Made by a program: the position numbers and the translations under genes. This document shows, piece by piece, positions 55,026 through 64,000 of a stretch of 64,000 bases of DNA. Positions within the stretch are counted from its first letter, which is position 1; each line of letters begins with the position of its first letter. The notes under the pieces are model-generated. The model was not told the origin of the DNA, made no database searches, and was given only the letters and a program-made list of their open reading frames with translations. The DNA lies in assembly GCA_045541535.1 (NCBI GenBank), contig JAZQJG010000095.1:6701-70700 (forward strand), in the 5' to 3' direction. This DNA is from Eubacteriales bacterium (GTDB lineage Bacteria; Bacillota; Clostridia; Oscillospirales; QAKW01).

Positions 55026-58000
55026 ATGAGAAAAATTCGGCGTATCGTATGCTTGTGGATGGTGGTGGCTTTGCTGCTTACGGGCTTGCCCGTGGTAGCA
55101 GGGGCTGCCGATCCGGTGGAAAACGTTAGTATTTCCCCCGTGGCCACCCAACAGCAAAGAATGTGGTGCGGCTCCAATTATAACACCACCGATTGGGTGT
55201 ACGAGCCTTGGGGCTATCTGGGCTACGGTAAGGTTTTCTATGCCCGTTTTTACAACAATACTTCTCTCAGTAACGACGACGTTGCACAATACGTTATCCG
55301 CTTTGATGCGCTGGCCAAGGAAAATGAAAAGACCTTGTATATGGCCGCCGTCGCTTTGAGTGATACCGACGCTGCGGTGGTGGAAACCGACGTGACCTCT
55401 GCCACCTCCACCCGTAAGGTCACCTCCACCGCCGCCGGTGATAAGCTGATGACCACCACGGCCGGCTATTATAAGGACGACGTTAAAAACAACGTCGTCG
55501 CCTATACCCGCGCCATTGCCTCCGATACGGCGGTCAGTGGCGGCGTTTCCTATGCCCACGGCACCTACGCCTATCCCGTCTCCTTTGAACTGGACGTCAC
55601 CGATTACGTTAAGACTCAGTTTGCCGCCGGTAAGAAAAACGTGCAGTTCGTTCTCATTTCTGCCCGTCAGGTGATGAACGGCAGTACCAACGTTGCCACT
55701 CTTGCTGATTTTTCTCACTACAAAAACGGTAAGGTGTACAACACCGCGGGGGAGGTGCTGCTGGAGAGTGCCACTCTGTCCCTGGATACCTCCATCACTG
55801 TTGCCGGTGCGCAGGATTATTACTCTGTCACCCCCGAAAACGATCTGTATTTCTCATGGATGGAAATCAAGCGAGACACCATTCGTCTGGATATAATTCA
55901 GGATCAGTATGCCGATCTCTTTGCCGCCTTTAAGGCCAAGGTGACCGACGCCGCCTCTCTCTCACAGCATCTTGACGACCTGCGGGTTTTGCTCAGTGAC
56001 GAGCTGTTGGCGCTGTATGACACCGTGGCCGCCAAAAATGCCGCTCTTGACCAGGCCGTTTACAGCAGTCTGCAAAGCTGCAATTCTTCTTCCGAATTCG
56101 TTACCGCCCTGTATCAAACGGTGATGGAGCACGCCTATGTCGGCTTGTCCACCGTGGCCACTCAACAACAAAGAATGTGGTGCGGTACCGATTATAACAC
56201 CACCGACTGGGTGTACGAGCCCTGGGGTTACCTGGGCTACGGCAAGGTGCTTTACGCCCGTTTTTACAACAATACCAATCAACAAGGCGTAAATCAGTAC
56301 GTCATTAAATTTGACGCCCTGACCAAGGAAAATGAAAAAAACGTCTATATGGCCGCCGTGGCCCTCAGCGATTCGGACGCCTCAGTGGTAGAAACCGACG
56401 TAACCTCCGCCACCTCCACCCGTAAGGTCACCTCCACCGCCGCCGGTGACAAGCTGATGACCTCCTCTGCGGGCTATTATAAGGATGCCGTAAAGAACAG
56501 TGTGATCGCCTACACCAAGGCCACCGCTTCCGGCGGAGCCGTCGGCAATCCCGTTTCCTACACTCACGGCACCTATGCCTATCCCGTTTCCTTTGAACTG
56601 GACGTTACCGATTACGTCAAAGAGCAGTTTGCCGCCGGCAAGAAAAACGTGCAGTTTGCGCTGATCTCCGCCCGTCGCATTATGGACGGCAATACCAACG
56701 TGGCAGAGCTTACCGACTTTTCTCACTATCAAAACGGTAAGGCGTACAACACCTACGGCGAGGTACTTCTGGAGAAGAATACGCTGTCGCTGGATACCTC
56801 CATTCCCGTGGCGGGAGCGGCGGATTATTATTCCGTCACCCCGCAAAACGACCCCTATTTCTCCTGGATGGAGATCAAGCGGGACACCATTGCTTTGGAT
56901 CAATGCGTGATTGACAAGGATACGCTGTTTGCCGCCTTTAAGGTGCAGGTAAGCACGCCTGCTGATCTTCCCGCCGCTGTAAGCGGTATCCGCTTTTTGT
57001 TCACCGATGAGATTTACAAGATCTATCAGAGCGCTTTGGTGGTGGGGGATGGAATCAATACCGAGCTCTACAACGTGTTGGCCGATTGCAATACCGCCAC
57101 AGCCTTTGCGGCGGCCTTTGCCGACACGGTGCTCAACAAGTGCTATGACGGTTATCCCTGCGCTATCACCCTGACGGACAGCTTTGCAGGCCGTCGTGGC
57201 AGTGTGAGCGTACAGGGGGATTATCCCGAGGCCTGCTATCTGTATATTGAAACCTACAATATAAACACCGCAAAGCTGCAGAGCTTTGCCTTCCCTGTAA
57301 AGGATGGCTTGGGTTATTACAACGTTTACGGTAAGGACAGCGGCGCCACTTCTCTTACGGCAACCCTGACGGCCGATAAGGCAGGCCAATATCCCTTAAG
57401 CGCCACCGAGACCGTCACCCTTTCCACCGCCGTGCTTCCCGGTGTGTTTATCACCGAGCTTTCCAATATGCACACCAATGCCTACGCTGCCGACTCTTCC
57501 TCTGCGGAAAACCAGGGAAGCTGGACCCAGTGCTATCAGTATATTGAACTGCACAACTATTCGGCAAGTGACGTGGATCTTTCCCAGATGAAATTCGTGT
57601 ATTACAACGGTAGTGAACGGAGCTTTGACTGGATTCTGGAGGATGGCGGCAGTCTGATCCTCAGGGCAGGACAGAGCTACGTGATTGGCGTGTATACCGG
57701 TTACAGCTATTATACCAACGGTCACACCTACGCCACCTCCGCTGCCCGTACCCAGTATTGGAACGATTTCCAAAAATATTACAATGTCACCATTCCCAAA
57801 ACCAACCGCGTGATGATCGCCTGCGTTAATTCCGGCACCTCCGCTTACAGCTCCACCGCCGTTCTGCAACGCAGTAAGGAGGCCGGTGTTACCTGCTATG
57901 CCGAGATTCGCAACGGCAATACCACCGTCACCAAGGTAATGTTGCCCGACAGCAAGCCCCACCGCGGTTATGCCTATCAGTTTGTGCCGGACGGTAGCGG

Positions 58001-60107
58001 CAACGTAACGGAAAAACTGCTCTTTGCCACGGGTTGCTTCCCGTATCGGATGTTGAGAGAACAGGATCTGAGCTACTGTGAGGAAGTTCCCTTTACCGTA
58101 CAGGATGACGTGAAGGTGCTCTGCTATAACATTCTGGCAGAGGAAACTTATTATACGGTAGGTTCCCGTATTCCCCGTCTGATGGACGTGTTGCAGACCT
58201 ATCAGCCTGACATCATCGGCTTCCAGGAGTTTAACTACAGTTGGGCCAACCAACTGCCCTCCAAAATGCCCAGAGAGTATTCGGTGATTGAGGGCATATC
58301 TACCTACAATCACACCTTCTCCACCGCTTCGGGCACTTGGGATCTGCTCAATCCCATCTATTTCCGTAACGATAAATATACAGTGCTGGAAAGCGGATCT
58401 GCATTTTTGACCCCCGATGGTAATATGAATACCCAGCAATGGGACAGCGTTAATATGAAGCGTACCATGACTTGGGTCGTACTTAAGGATAAGGTCACGG
58501 GCGAGATCTTCAACGTCGTTAACGCTCATCTGGTACTTTCCGGTAAAACCGCCCGTGTGGAACAGGTCAAGCTGGTCTACAATAAGGGCGCCGAACTGCA
58601 GAAAAAATACGGCGGCGGCATTATTGCTATGGGCGACCATAATATGCAAGAGGCCAGCGAGCCCTATCAGGCCTATATCAACAGCGGCATCGTAGTGGAT
58701 GCTAAATATGAAACCATAAATCATAACTCCAAGGATACTGCCCCCGCCGTGAACAAATACGACGGCGATTACGGTGTCCCCATCGATTTTGTGATGGTCA
58801 ATTCCGGTAAAATCGGCGTCAGAGAATATCACGTATTTGACGGCCTCTATTCCGACGGCCCCGTCAGCGATCATTCCGGCGTATTGGTTACTCTGTACAG
58901 CAAGGGGGATACCGACGACGAGGCACCCGTAATTTCCGGTGTGAAGGAAGGAGCCAATTATTGCGGCGGCGCCACCTTTACCGTTTCCGATGAAAATCTG
59001 GATCAGGTGTTCCTCAACGGTACCGCCATCACCGTCCCCGCCGGCGGCTACACCGTGACCAAATCCGGCGTCAACACCCTCAAGGCTGTGGACGTGTTGG
59101 GTCGTAAGACGGTGGTTACCTTTAATACCGGTACCCACGAATGGGAAACGGAGTATACCATAGACGTACAGCCCACCTGTAAGATTCCCGGCAGTCAAAG
59201 CTATCATTGCTCCGTTTGCGATGCGATCAACGAGGACAGCATCACCGAAGTCCCCGTAAACAACGACCACATCGAGGGCAGTACGATTTACGTGGATGTA
59301 GAGCCCACCGCTTTGACCGAGGGCTACGGTCATACCACCTGTACTGTTTGCGGCAGAACGGTCACTTCTAATATTTCCATTCCCGCATTGGGCGTTGCCA
59401 CCGTGGACGGCGTGGGCTATCCCACGCTGGAGGAAGCCTTGACGGCGGCTGTGGCAGGGGACACCGTTTCCCTGAATACGGCAACGGAAATTGAAAATCT
59501 GATTATTAAAACCGGCGTCACACTGGACCTCAGCGGCTATGCGTTGGAGGCAGAATACGTTGTGGGCTTTAACGGCTCGGCCCTGATCAACAGCGCCGAA
59601 AACGCCGAGGGTAAGCTGTTCGTTACGCAAAATCAGCTTTCCCTGTGTAAAGACAATCCCTATCTGCCCGTCTATGATGCGCAAAACGGTTGCTACCTGT
59701 TCACCCGGTTGAAAAATAATCGATATTCCTTGACTACCGATGCTACCACCGGTAAACCCTGTTATTCCACCTCTCCCATGTTCAAGTCCTACGTACATCC
59801 CTTGATGGACACCGTTGGTGAGGCCGCCGCTTCCGGCGTTAACGTCATCATCCGCCTGACCTGGACGGATTCCGGCGGTCAGTACGTGGGCGCGCAGGAA
59901 TACACCTATCTTGACAGTTCCCTGAGCGAGGTCATTGCTTCCTACGTTAACGAAAACGGCAGTGTCAATTACAACCGCCAGTTCTACGGTATTTTCGTGG
60001 GCAGTGAGATTGAGCAGGGTGTGGACGTATACGTTTCCACCGTTGTCCGTTCCTCCACGGGCGTTGAGATGGTCAGCAGCACCACCCGGTTGTTTGCGAC
60101 AGAATAG
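55026..60107 (+). CDS. Large secreted multidomain protein: two repeated unknown domains, lamin-tail-like domain, EEP phosphoesterase, Ig-like and Cys-rich repeats
   Basis: Signal peptide. LTD-like VFITEL...YIELHN. EEP motifs YNI, DIIGFQE, NAHL, MGDHN, IDF, SDH. PTC...G....C..C repeats. Confidence 0.8.
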   Translation: MRKIRRIVCLWMVVALLLTGLPVVAGAADPVENVSISPVATQQQRMWCGSNYNTTDWVYEPWGYLGYGKVFYARFYNNTSLSNDDVAQYVIRFDALAKENEKTLYMAAVALSDTDAAVVETDVTSATSTRKVTSTAAGDKLMTTTAGYYKDDVKNNVVAYTRAIASDTAVSGGVSYAHGTYAYPVSFELDVTDYVKTQFAAGKKNVQFVLISARQVMNGSTNVATLADFSHYKNGKVYNTAGEVLLESATLSLDTSITVAGAQDYYSVTPENDLYFSWMEIKRDTIRLDIIQDQYADLFAAFKAKVTDAASLSQHLDDLRVLLSDELLALYDTVAAKNAALDQAVYSSLQSCNSSSEFVTALYQTVMEHAYVGLSTVATQQQRMWCGTDYNTTDWVYEPWGYLGYGKVLYARFYNNTNQQGVNQYVIKFDALTKENEKNVYMAAVALSDSDASVVETDVTSATSTRKVTSTAAGDKLMTSSAGYYKDAVKNSVIAYTKATASGGAVGNPVSYTHGTYAYPVSFELDVTDYVKEQFAAGKKNVQFALISARRIMDGNTNVAELTDFSHYQNGKAYNTYGEVLLEKNTLSLDTSIPVAGAADYYSVTPQNDPYFSWMEIKRDTIALDQCVIDKDTLFAAFKVQVSTPADLPAAVSGIRFLFTDEIYKIYQSALVVGDGINTELYNVLADCNTATAFAAAFADTVLNKCYDGYPCAITLTDSFAGRRGSVSVQGDYPEACYLYIETYNINTAKLQSFAFPVKDGLGYYNVYGKDSGATSLTATLTADKAGQYPLSATETVTLSTAVLPGVFITELSNMHTNAYAADSSSAENQGSWTQCYQYIELHNYSASDVDLSQMKFVYYNGSERSFDWILEDGGSLILRAGQSYVIGVYTGYSYYTNGHTYATSAARTQYWNDFQKYYNVTIPKTNRVMIACVNSGTSAYSSTAVLQRSKEAGVTCYAEIRNGNTTVTKVMLPDSKPHRGYAYQFVPDGSGNVTEKLLFATGCFPYRMLREQDLSYCEEVPFTVQDDVKVLCYNILAEETYYTVGSRIPRLMDVLQTYQPDIIGFQEFNYSWANQLPSKMPREYSVIEGISTYNHTFSTASGTWDLLNPIYFRNDKYTVLESGSAFLTPDGNMNTQQWDSVNMKRTMTWVVLKDKVTGEIFNVVNAHLVLSGKTARVEQVKLVYNKGAELQKKYGGGIIAMGDHNMQEASEPYQAYINSGIVVDAKYETINHNSKDTAPAVNKYDGDYGVPIDFVMVNSGKIGVREYHVFDGLYSDGPVSDHSGVLVTLYSKGDTDDEAPVISGVKEGANYCGGATFTVSDENLDQVFLNGTAITVPAGGYTVTKSGVNTLKAVDVLGRKTVVTFNTGTHEWETEYTIDVQPTCKIPGSQSYHCSVCDAINEDSITEVPVNNDHIEGSTIYVDVEPTALTEGYGHTTCTVCGRTVTSNISIPALGVATVDGVGYPTLEEALTAAVAGDTVSLNTATEIENLIIKTGVTLDLSGYALEAEYVVGFNGSALINSAENAEGKLFVTQNQLSLCKDNPYLPVYDAQNGCYLFTRLKNNRYSLTTDATTGKPCYSTSPMFKSYVHPLMDTVGEAAASGVNVIIRLTWTDSGGQYVGAQEYTYLDSSLSEVIASYVNENGSVNYNRQFYGIFVGSEIEQGVDVYVSTVVRSSTGVEMVSSTTRLFATE
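55140..56891 (+). repeat. Internal duplication of a ~250-aa domain (~55140-55883 and ~56154-56891)
   Basis: VATQQQRMWCG...WMEIKRDTI occurs twice with long identical stretches. Confidence 0.9.
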
Positions 60108-60116
60108 GCGGCGCTT

Positions 60117-60227
60117 ATGAAGGAATATTTTGCACCCGATATCCAGGCGCTGGAAATCGTGACGGAGCCCCGTACAGAGATCGGCGTCGGCTCCAACACC
60201 CTGCCGCCGGAAAACGAAGATTGGTAA
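60117..60227 (+). CDS. Small 36-aa peptide MKEYFAPDIQALEIVTEPRTEIGVGSNTLPPENEDW
   Basis: Read manually, 9 nt after the large gene. Host-like codons and a YxxPxI leader-like motif. Confidence 0.5.
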   Translation: MKEYFAPDIQALEIVTEPRTEIGVGSNTLPPENEDW

Positions 60228-60265
60228 TAAAAAAATCCACCCGTACGAGGTGTACTCTAAAAAAC

Positions 60266-60305
60266 AATAAAACGTGAATGTGATGTATCACATTCACATT
60301 TTATT
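60266..60305. terminator. Bidirectional terminator at the left edge of the low-GC segment
   Basis: AATAAAAcGTGAATGTGAT-gt-ATCACATTCACaTTTTATT. Confidence 0.7.
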
Positions 60306-60349
60306 ATGTATATGAATATTTATTTCTAACGTTGCAACTAAACCTCTTA

Positions 60350-61162
60350 TTATTTTGTATATTTATTTGTTTTTCGATATTGAAGCGGTGATATTCCATA
60401 CTTATTTTTGAAAAGATGAATAAAATAGCTTGTATCATTAAACCCAACATTCAATGCAACTTCTGTAATAGGGATATCTGTTTTTAAAAGAAGTTTTTTT
60501 GCATCTTCCAATTTTAGTTTGTTGCAGTAGGCGCGAATGGTCATGCCATTTTCTTTCTTAAATAGATGGCTGATACTCGATTTACTTTTGTGAAAATGTT
60601 GCGTTAAATCAGAAAGGGTAATATTTGAGTGATATTCATATAATAATTGTAATATTTGATTATATTCATCACCATTATCTACCCAATATATCTGCAACGC
60701 ACATTCAAGCATAATGCAAAGTGGTGGAATAACTGAATTACATGTTTTTAAAGGAATTTCTGTGCCAAGGGCACTCTTCCATAAATTGTAATTTAAAATA
60801 TTACATTCAGTTGGATTATTTCTTCTGTATCCACTGACGGCAATAAACCCCACGGTATCATCATTTTTGCAAATTGGATATATGTATTCATGCACTTCTG
60901 CGTGGCAAATATGACAAAAAGATTCTCCTCTTTGGCATTTTGCCAAAATTTTTTTCTGATTAAGTAAACATTTATTGTGATTTGAGTTTTTTGCCATTAC
61001 ACAATATGCATTTGTGTGGCAGTTGTACGGCAAAATCATTGATGCCAAACTATCGTGTATATGGTTAAAAACATCGCTCCTGAAGTGTACGGAAACAATT
61101 AATTCGCAATCCTTGTTCAGATAATCAATGTACGAAACAATATTCTCAATAAGATTATTCAT
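60350..61162 (-). CDS. AraC family regulator with PocR-like sensor domain (low GC)
   Basis: HTNAYC...C...C N-terminus and ITEVALNVGFNDTSYF...G.SP.QYRK. Confidence 0.88.
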   Translation of the reverse strand: MNNLIENIVSYIDYLNKDCELIVSVHFRSDVFNHIHDSLASMILPYNCHTNAYCVMAKNSNHNKCLLNQKKILAKCQRGESFCHICHAEVHEYIYPICKNDDTVGFIAVSGYRRNNPTECNILNYNLWKSALGTEIPLKTCNSVIPPLCIMLECALQIYWVDNGDEYNQILQLLYEYHSNITLSDLTQHFHKSKSSISHLFKKENGMTIRAYCNKLKLEDAKKLLLKTDIPITEVALNVGFNDTSYFIHLFKNKYGISPLQYRKTNKYTK

Positions 61163-61275
61163 ATAATTGCACTTTCATTATATTTTTTGGCATTTTATTT
61201 ATAGAAAATTCATTAAAAATATAATATAATTATACCGAAAAAAACAATTTTGTCAATCAAAGGAGGCGCATTACT

Positions 61276-63060
61276 TTGTTGAAAAAGAAATTAATTGATT
61301 GTGATTTGTGTGTTGTAGGTGGTGGTATGTCAGGTATAGCTGCTGCAATCTCTGCTTCGAGAGAGGGTCTAAAGGTGGTACTTATGCACGAGCGCCCCGT
61401 TTTAGGAGGTAATGCTTCATCTGAGATACGAATGTGGATCTGTGGAGCACGCGGCAGAGATAATCGTGAAACGGGTATATTGGAAGAAATTGCTTTGGAA
61501 AATCTATACCGAAACCCAACCAAAAGCTATGCAATATGGGATACAGTATTGTATGATTTTGTTCGACGCGAAGAAAATATCACCTTGCTTTTAAATTGCA
61601 CCTGTATGGATGCGTCGGTTGAAAAAGGCAAATTTAAATATAATCGTGATACTAAAATAAATACGGTTATTGGATATCAGATGACAACACAATGTTTTTA
61701 TGAAGTTAAGGCTCGCTTTTTTTGTGATAGTTCAGGCGACAGTATTCTTGCCCCTCTTTGCGATGCCCGGTTTCGCATAGGGCGCGAGGCAGACAGTGAA
61801 TTTGGAGAAAGTACAGAAACAAAAATTGCCGATAATATGACAATGGGAATGTCCTGTTTGATTCAAGGGCGCGAAACTACTCAAGATATAGAATTTATTC
61901 CTCCTTTATGGAGTACATCTCTGACAGAGGATGACTTTAAAAACAGAACGCCGGATATATATGACGATACTGAAAACTTTTGGTATCTTGAGTTAGGAGG
62001 CAACAAAAACACCATTGATGATACAGAAAAATTGAGAGATGAGCTTGTTGCTCTTGCTACAGGAACATGGGATTACATAAAAAACTCAGGAAAATATAAT
62101 GCATCAAAATGGGATTTGGATTTTTTGGGATTTTTACCGGGTAAAAGAGAATCTCGCAGAATGTGCGGTGAATATATAATTACACAGAAGGACATCAGTA
62201 GCGGAAAAATTTTTACTGATGAAATTGCATTTGGCGGTTGGCCTCTTGATGATCATTTCCCCGGAGGGTTTTATCATAAGGGGATTCCTAATACAAATTA
62301 TTCAACACCTGCACCTTATTCAATACCTTATCGGGCTTTGTATTCAAAGAATGTTGAAAATCTGTTTTTTGCAGGAAGAAATATCAGTATGACACATACG
62401 GCAATGAGTAGTATCCGTGTTATGGCAACATGTGCTCTGTTGGGAGAAGCCGTAGGAAAAGCTGCATCTATTGCTGTTAAAAATTATTTTACTCCTCACG
62501 ATGTATATTGCAATAAAATTGATTTGTTACAGAATTTACTGATGAATGAAGATTGTTTTCTTCCTTCAAAAACAAGAGAAATCTCTTCATTATGTTTAAA
62601 TGCTAACCTTAACATTAATAGTGAAGTTATCAGGAATGGTCAGGATAGAGCACATCGTATTTATAATACCGAAGAGAATAATTGTTCATATATAGCAAAT
62701 GCCGGTGAGCAAATCTGTTACAGTTTCAGTGCAACAAACATAGCTTCTATACATATTGTATTTTGCAGTGATTTAAATCGTGATACTCTTCCCGGAACTA
62801 CTTGCGAACGCACACACTCAACCCGCGCCAACCATCGTTTGGACAGCCCACAAATGTGTATGCCAAAAACATTGTGCAAGGAATTCAAACTGGTAGGTGA
62901 ATTAAATGGTAGCCAATATGAGCTTTTGCATATTTTAAATAATCGAAAACGCTCTTATCATATAAATGTTAATCAAACATTTGATAAGCTTATTTTAATC
63001 CCTATTGATAACTGGGGTGATAATAAAATAATCCCTGTAATTTCATTTGATTTCAATTAA
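61276..63060 (+). CDS. FAD-dependent oxidoreductase (low GC)
   Basis: VVGGGMSGIAAA, LGGNASSE, DSSGD, KRESRR, YSIPYRALY, AGRNIS and RVMATC. Confidence 0.88.
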   Translation: MLKKKLIDCDLCVVGGGMSGIAAAISASREGLKVVLMHERPVLGGNASSEIRMWICGARGRDNRETGILEEIALENLYRNPTKSYAIWDTVLYDFVRREENITLLLNCTCMDASVEKGKFKYNRDTKINTVIGYQMTTQCFYEVKARFFCDSSGDSILAPLCDARFRIGREADSEFGESTETKIADNMTMGMSCLIQGRETTQDIEFIPPLWSTSLTEDDFKNRTPDIYDDTENFWYLELGGNKNTIDDTEKLRDELVALATGTWDYIKNSGKYNASKWDLDFLGFLPGKRESRRMCGEYIITQKDISSGKIFTDEIAFGGWPLDDHFPGGFYHKGIPNTNYSTPAPYSIPYRALYSKNVENLFFAGRNISMTHTAMSSIRVMATCALLGEAVGKAASIAVKNYFTPHDVYCNKIDLLQNLLMNEDCFLPSKTREISSLCLNANLNINSEVIRNGQDRAHRIYNTEENNCSYIANAGEQICYSFSATNIASIHIVFCSDLNRDTLPGTTCERTHSTRANHRLDSPQMCMPKTLCKEFKLVGELNGSQYELLHILNNRKRSYHINVNQTFDKLILIPIDNWGDNKIIPVISFDFN

Positions 63061-63176
63061 AAATATTATAAACCGGTTTAGTCCGGTACTGTAACAAGCG
63101 GGGAAAATGTATACCATTTTCCAAATATTTAGGATATCCTAAGACCTTATGAACAGCAAGAGCAAGCCCTTGCCCT

Positions 63177-63215
63177 AAAAAAGAGGCAGAAACGAAATCA
63201 ATCGTTTCTGCCTCT
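63177..63215. terminator. Bidirectional terminator
   Basis: AAAAAGAGGCAGAAACGA-loop-TCGTTTCTGCCTCT. Confidence 0.75.
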
Positions 63216-63266
63216 AAAATTACTGTCCTTTAGTATACGACCCATATGGGTGGATTTTTTGTGCTT

Positions 63267-63833
63267 TTACAGATCCCACGGGATCCGCTCGTCGTCTTTT
63301 ACAAGATAACTGGTGCCCTTTGCCAGACGGGCCATGGGGGTGTCGGAACGGGAATCGGAATAAAAGCTTTCAATCTGAGCTTCGGGCCAGGCGGCCTTAA
63401 AGCGGCGCACCTTTTCCTCGCCCCAGCAGTTCTCGCCTGCATATTTTCCCGTCTTTTTGTCTACTTGGGAGGCCAGAAAATAGGTGATGCCCAGCCGGTC
63501 AATGGCGGGACGGAGCAAAAATTCGGGGGAGGCGGAGATGATCACGTCATCCTCCTTTTTTTGTTCCAGATACCAGGGCTTGATGTTTTTAAAATGTCCC
63601 GCCCAAAAGTCGGCCACGTAGCCGTCAATGTCCTTCACGGCGGTAAAATAGCTGTACAGCTTCTCTTTAAACTGGGTTTTGGTTTTTACCTTAAACACCT
63701 TCCACAGCAGGGCGTTCCAGCCCCAGCGGGGGACGAAGCGAATCAGTCCCGGTTGCCGTTTTAAACAGTAAAAAATAAAATCTCTTGTAGAATCGCCGTA
63801 ATAAACGGTATCGTCAAAATCATAACCGATCAT
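63267..63833 (-). CDS. HAD-IB family hydrolase
   Basis: YDFDDT, ISASP, NCWGEEK and FYSDSRSD. Confidence 0.88.
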   Translation of the reverse strand: MIGYDFDDTVYYGDSTRDFIFYCLKRQPGLIRFVPRWGWNALLWKVFKVKTKTQFKEKLYSYFTAVKDIDGYVADFWAGHFKNIKPWYLEQKKEDDVIISASPEFLLRPAIDRLGITYFLASQVDKKTGKYAGENCWGEEKVRRFKAAWPEAQIESFYSDSRSDTPMARLAKGTSYLVKDDERIPWDL

Positions 63834-64000
63834 TGTTTTCTGATCCTTTCCGCCAGCTTGCCGTCCGGCTCCACCAGCAGGGTGTAATATTTGTCATAGA
63901 TCACCATACCCGGCTTGGCACCCGTGGGCTTTTTCACGTTCTGCACGGGACAATAGTCTACCTCCACCTTACTGCTCTCTTTTCCTTTGGAAAAGAAGGC
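63830..64000 (-). CDS. rqcH: C-terminus of RqcH/FbpA (NFACT) protein, truncated by the window edge
   Basis: Manual translation AFFSKGKESSKVEVDYCPVQNVKKPTGAKPGMVIYDKYYTLLVEP fits the NFACT-R C-terminus. Confidence 0.85.
   Translation of the reverse strand, partial: AFFSKGKESSKVEVDYCPVQNVKKPTGAKPGMVIYDKYYTLLVEPDGKLAERIRKQ

Overview
Chromosomal window from a moderately GC-rich, spore-forming Clostridia-class Firmicute (spoIIGA-sigE-sigG, dpaAB, SLH proteins, dgt-dnaG-rpoD, clpB with a perfect CIRCE, tRNA-Lys(UUU)). The standout is a compact ~10.5 kb single-strand operon (4566-15045). It encodes podovirus-like head, packaging and lysis functions: a short TerS-like protein, TerL, portal, fibre-like proteins, M23/SLH lysin, holin, scaffold, major capsid, adaptor, nozzle-like and ejection-like proteins. 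It is bounded by terminators and host genes. I could recognise no integrase, repressor, replication gene or att site, so it is a candidate domesticated gene-transfer-agent (GTA)-like system. Other accessory features: (1) a four-gene array of orphan solute-binding-like surface proteins with mosaic sequence identity; (2) a 1593-aa TIR-NACHT-beta-propeller NLR-like protein next to a tRNA-Lys with rearranged tRNA fragments; (3) a 1.7-kaa secreted LTD/EEP protein followed by a tiny leader-like ORF; (4) a MITE-like element; (5) a low-GC AraC plus FAD-oxidoreductase insert. All product calls come from motif recognition by eye; no database searches were run.
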